This document shows, piece by piece, positions 61,278 through 64,000 of a DNA stretch of 64,000 nucleotides. Location: the NCBI GenBank assembly GCA_966251135.1, contig CBINKC010000003.1, positions 9,139 through 73,138 of the forward strand, read 5' to 3'. Source of the stretch: an uncultured Burkholderiaceae bacterium. GTDB taxonomy: Bacteria; Pseudomonadota; Gammaproteobacteria; Burkholderiales; Burkholderiaceae_C. The translations under genes and the position numbers were made by a program. The notes under the pieces are model-generated. The model searched no databases. It had not been told where the DNA came from and was given only the letters and a program-made list of their open reading frames with translations. The number at the start of each line of letters is the position of its first letter. The stretch's first letter is position 1.

Positions 61278-63197
61278 TCACACCTTGTGGGCGATGTCGC
61301 TGGTGATCTTCGCCTGGAAGGTTGCCAGGCTGATCACACCCAGGTCCTGGTTGCCCCGGGCACGCACCGCAACGGCCCCGCTGGCCTTCTCCTTGTCACC
61401 AACCACGAGGAGAAACGGAACCTTCTGCATCGAATGCTCGCGGATTTTATAGGTGATTTTCTCATTCCGCAAATCGGATTCCGCTCTAACCCCTTGTTTT
61501 TGAAGCGTTTTCACCACTTCAATGGCATATTCGGATTGATTTTCGGTGATGTTGAGAACCATCACCTGCACAGGAGCCAGCCACACCGGCAAGGCACCTG
61601 CGTGCTGCTCGATGAGGATGCCGATAAAGCGCTCGAGTGAACCGACAATCGCGCGGTGCAGCATGACCGGCGTGCGCCGGTCACTGTTCTCGGCCACGTA
61701 CTCCGCACCCAAGCGGCCAGGCATGGAGAAATCGACCTGGATGGTGCCGCACTGCCACTGGCGCCCGATGGCATCCTTTAGCGTGTACTCGATCTTGGGG
61801 CCGTAGAAAGCCCCCTCGCCCGGCGAGATGGTGAAGTCACAGTTCGAGGCCTTGAGGCTTTCGACAAGCGCAGCCTCGGCCTTATCCCACACCTCGTCGG
61901 AGCCGATGCGCGCGCTGGGACGCGTGGCGACCTTGTAGATGATGTCGGCGAAACCGAAGTCCTTGTAGACCTGTTGCAGGAGTGTCGTGAAGGCCACGCA
62001 CTCGGACAGGATGTGGTCCTCTGTGCAGAAAATGTGGCCGTCATCCTGCGTGAAACCGCGCACGCGCATGAGGCCATGCAGGCCGCCGGTGGGCTCGTTG
62101 CGGTGGCATTGGCCGAACTCACCCAAGCGCAGCGGCAGGTCTCGATAGCTCTTGATGCCCTGCTTGTAAATGAGCACGTGCCCCGGACAGTTCATCGGCT
62201 TGAGCGCGTAATCGCGCTTTTCCGACTCCGTGGTGAACATGTTCTCCCGGTACTTGTCCCAGTGTCCTGTCTTTTCCCACAAGGTCCGGTCGAGCAGCTG
62301 CGGTCCCTTCACCTCCTGGTAGCCGTTGTCGCGGTACACCGCACGCATGTACTGCTCCACCTGCTGCCACACCTGCCACCCGCGCGGATGCCAAAACACG
62401 ACACCCGGCGCATGGTCGTCAATGTGGAACAGGTTGAGTTCGCGGCCCAGGCGGCGATGGTCCCGCTTTTCGGCCTCTTCGAGCTGATGCAAGTAGTTCT
62501 GCAGATCCTCCTTGCTGGCCCAGGCCGTGCCATACACCCGTTGCAACATCTCGTTGCGATGGTCGCCTCGCCAGTAGGCGCCTGCCACCTTCATGAGCTT
62601 GAAGTGCCTGAGCTTGCCGGTGTTGGGAACATGCGGGCCGCGACACAGATCCTCGAACCTGCCCTCGCGGTAGAGCGAGACGTCCTCACCCGGCGGGATG
62701 CTTGCCACGATCTCGGCCTTGTACTTCTCGCCCATGTCGCTGAAGTAGGCCACCGCCTCATCGCGAGACAGCACTCGGCGCTGGACCTTCTCATCCTTCT
62801 TGGCCAACTCTGCCATCTTGGCCTCGATGTCAGCCAGATCCTCGGGCGTAAAGGGCCTCTTGTACGCGAAGTCGTAATAGAAGCCGTTCTCGATGACCGG
62901 CCCGATGGTCACTTGGGCATCGGGGAAGAGTTCCTTGACCGCGTAGGCCAGCAGGTGGGCCGTGGAGTGACGGATGATCTCCAGGCCTTCGGGATCCTTG
63001 TCGGTAAGGATGGACAAGGCGGTGTCGCGGTCGATGCAGAAGCTCGTGTCGACGATGCGGGCGGAATCACCCTGCCCGATGCGCCCGGCAATGGCCGCCT
63101 TGGCCAAGCCGCTTCCGATGGATTGCGCCACCTCGGCCACCGTCACTGGGCCGGGGTACTCGCGGCGGGAACCGTCGGGTAGTTGGATCGCGATCAT
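61278..63197 (-). CDS. thrS: Threonine--tRNA ligase
   Basis: [40 protein letters not shown]. Confidence 0.99.
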   Translation of the reverse strand: MIAIQLPDGSRREYPGPVTVAEVAQSIGSGLAKAAIAGRIGQGDSARIVDTSFCIDRDTALSILTDKDPEGLEIIRHSTAHLLAYAVKELFPDAQVTIGPVIENGFYYDFAYKRPFTPEDLADIEAKMAELAKKDEKVQRRVLSRDEAVAYFSDMGEKYKAEIVASIPPGEDVSLYREGRFEDLCRGPHVPNTGKLRHFKLMKVAGAYWRGDHRNEMLQRVYGTAWASKEDLQNYLHQLEEAEKRDHRRLGRELNLFHIDDHAPGVVFWHPRGWQVWQQVEQYMRAVYRDNGYQEVKGPQLLDRTLWEKTGHWDKYRENMFTTESEKRDYALKPMNCPGHVLIYKQGIKSYRDLPLRLGEFGQCHRNEPTGGLHGLMRVRGFTQDDGHIFCTEDHILSECVAFTTLLQQVYKDFGFADIIYKVATRPSARIGSDEVWDKAEAALVESLKASNCDFTISPGEGAFYGPKIEYTLKDAIGRQWQCGTIQVDFSMPGRLGAEYVAENSDRRTPVMLHRAIVGSLERFIGILIEQHAGALPVWLAPVQVMVLNITENQSEYAIEVVKTLQKQGVRAESDLRNEKITYKIREHSMQKVPFLLVVGDKEKASGAVAVRARGNQDLGVISLATFQAKITSDIAHKV

Positions 63198-63217
63198 GGA
63201 AGCTCCGAAAGGCAAAC

Positions 63218-63243
63218 AAAAAAGCGCGGGACAAGCCGCGCTT
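63218..63243 (-). terminator. Attenuator terminator in the thrS leader
   Basis: AAGCGCGG-N6-CCGCGCTT followed by a U-run, 20 nt before the thrS ATG. Confidence 0.78.
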
Positions 63244-63282
63244 CTTGAGGGAAAGGGGAACGTCGAAACGAGCTGCGGCCAG

Positions 63283-63330
63283 CTACACCCGGGTGCGCCG
63301 GGGGGTAGTTCGCGGTGTCATAACCGACAT
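63283..63330 (-). CDS. thrS leader peptide [15 protein letters not shown]
   Basis: 15 codons including 4 Thr (ACA, ACT, ACC, ACC); GAAAGG upstream; stop 40 nt before the terminator stem. Confidence 0.72.
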   Translation of the reverse strand: MSVMTPRTTPRRTRV

Positions 63331-63412
63331 GCCTTTCTCGCCCTTGTTTATGAAGCGGCCATTGTATGTCAAGGCCCTACGCGCATTAGCGCCTTGCTCC
63401 TGACAGTCGGCG

Positions 63413-63949
63413 TCATCGCGTCTTGATGACGCCGCAGGCGATGCGCGCGCCGGAATTGCCGGTCGGCTGGGTCTTGTAGTCGTCGGAGTCGGCGTGGACG
63501 ATGACGCCGCGGCCGATCAGGTCGGCCGGACCGGATCCGACACTGACGCCGGACAGGACAAATCGGACATCGGCCACTCCGTTCGCGTCGGCTTTCAGCG
63601 CCGGCATGTCCCCGGCGTGGTGCTCGGCATGCTGAGGACCGTGCGGCTTGCCTATGGGATTGAAGTGCCCACCGGCACTGGTGCCGTCGCCGCTGGAACA
63701 GTCGCCCTTCTCGTGCACGTGGAAGCCGTGCTCCTGATTGGGCTTGAGGCCGGTCACCCGGGCCATCACTAGCACGTTTGATCCTTGTTGCTCGAAGCTC
63801 ATGGTGCCCGCGGCCTGATTGCCGCGGGTAGGCTCCAGAACTGCGACGGCGGACGACCCGCTGCCGTGCATCTGCATGTGCCTCGGGCTGCCGCAGCCGG
63901 CGAGCGAGACGATGGCGGCCACAGCGGCCAGGAGAGCGAAAGGCTTCAT
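63413..63949 (-). CDS. sodC: Cu/Zn superoxide dismutase (lipoprotein)
   Basis: Lipobox LAGC; HGFHVHEKGDC, GGHFNP, HHAGD, IVHAD, GARIACGVI. Confidence 0.97.
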   Translation of the reverse strand: MKPFALLAAVAAIVSLAGCGSPRHMQMHGSGSSAVAVLEPTRGNQAAGTMSFEQQGSNVLVMARVTGLKPNQEHGFHVHEKGDCSSGDGTSAGGHFNPIGKPHGPQHAEHHAGDMPALKADANGVADVRFVLSGVSVGSGPADLIGRGVIVHADSDDYKTQPTGNSGARIACGVIKTR

Positions 63950-64000
63950 GTAATCTCCTTCGGGTGTTATTCGGCCCGGAGACGGGCGGCGCGATATTAG

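Overview
High-GC betaproteobacterial (Burkholderiales-like) chromosomal window. The right end (55.3-64 kb) is conserved core: tRNA-Pro(GGG), MerR-family regulator, ihfA, pheT, pheS, rplT, rpmI, infC (ATC start), thrS with a Thr-rich leader-peptide attenuator, and sodC. The remaining ~55 kb is accessory. It contains: a methanethiol-oxidase-like SBP56 gene with a membrane partner; prs, WS/DGAT and host-attachment genes; a c-di-GMP signalling cassette (MCP, degenerate GGDEF-EAL-REC protein, HDOD, sensor-less kinase, REC-HD-GYP, REC); a sulfotransferase-ChrA pair converging on cysC-DHH phosphoesterase; a CueR-type copA-csp3 unit; an acsA-pdhABC-ACP operon without E3; USP, cytochrome c, OmpW, hemerythrin and an ODP-like di-iron protein; a full protocatechuate 4,5-cleavage cluster (ligJ, ligK, DUF1932, ligI, ligA, ligB, ligC); and a second ligAB-like pair with a VanA-like Rieske oxygenase. 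Signals the ORF track does not show: (1) a family of FNR/Anr-like boxes, several about 41 bp upstream of a plausible -10 element, linking scattered genes into one putative low-oxygen regulon; (2) an unannotated 38-aa membrane protein heading the acs-pdh-ACP operon; (3) a signal-peptide-less ModA-fold protein in a lig cluster lacking ligU, a candidate non-homologous isomerase; (4) a symmetric 276-bp MITE-like element; (5) a multi-hairpin candidate sRNA with anti-Shine-Dalgarno loops; (6) two gene-deletion scars. All product calls come from motif recognition by eye; no database search was run.
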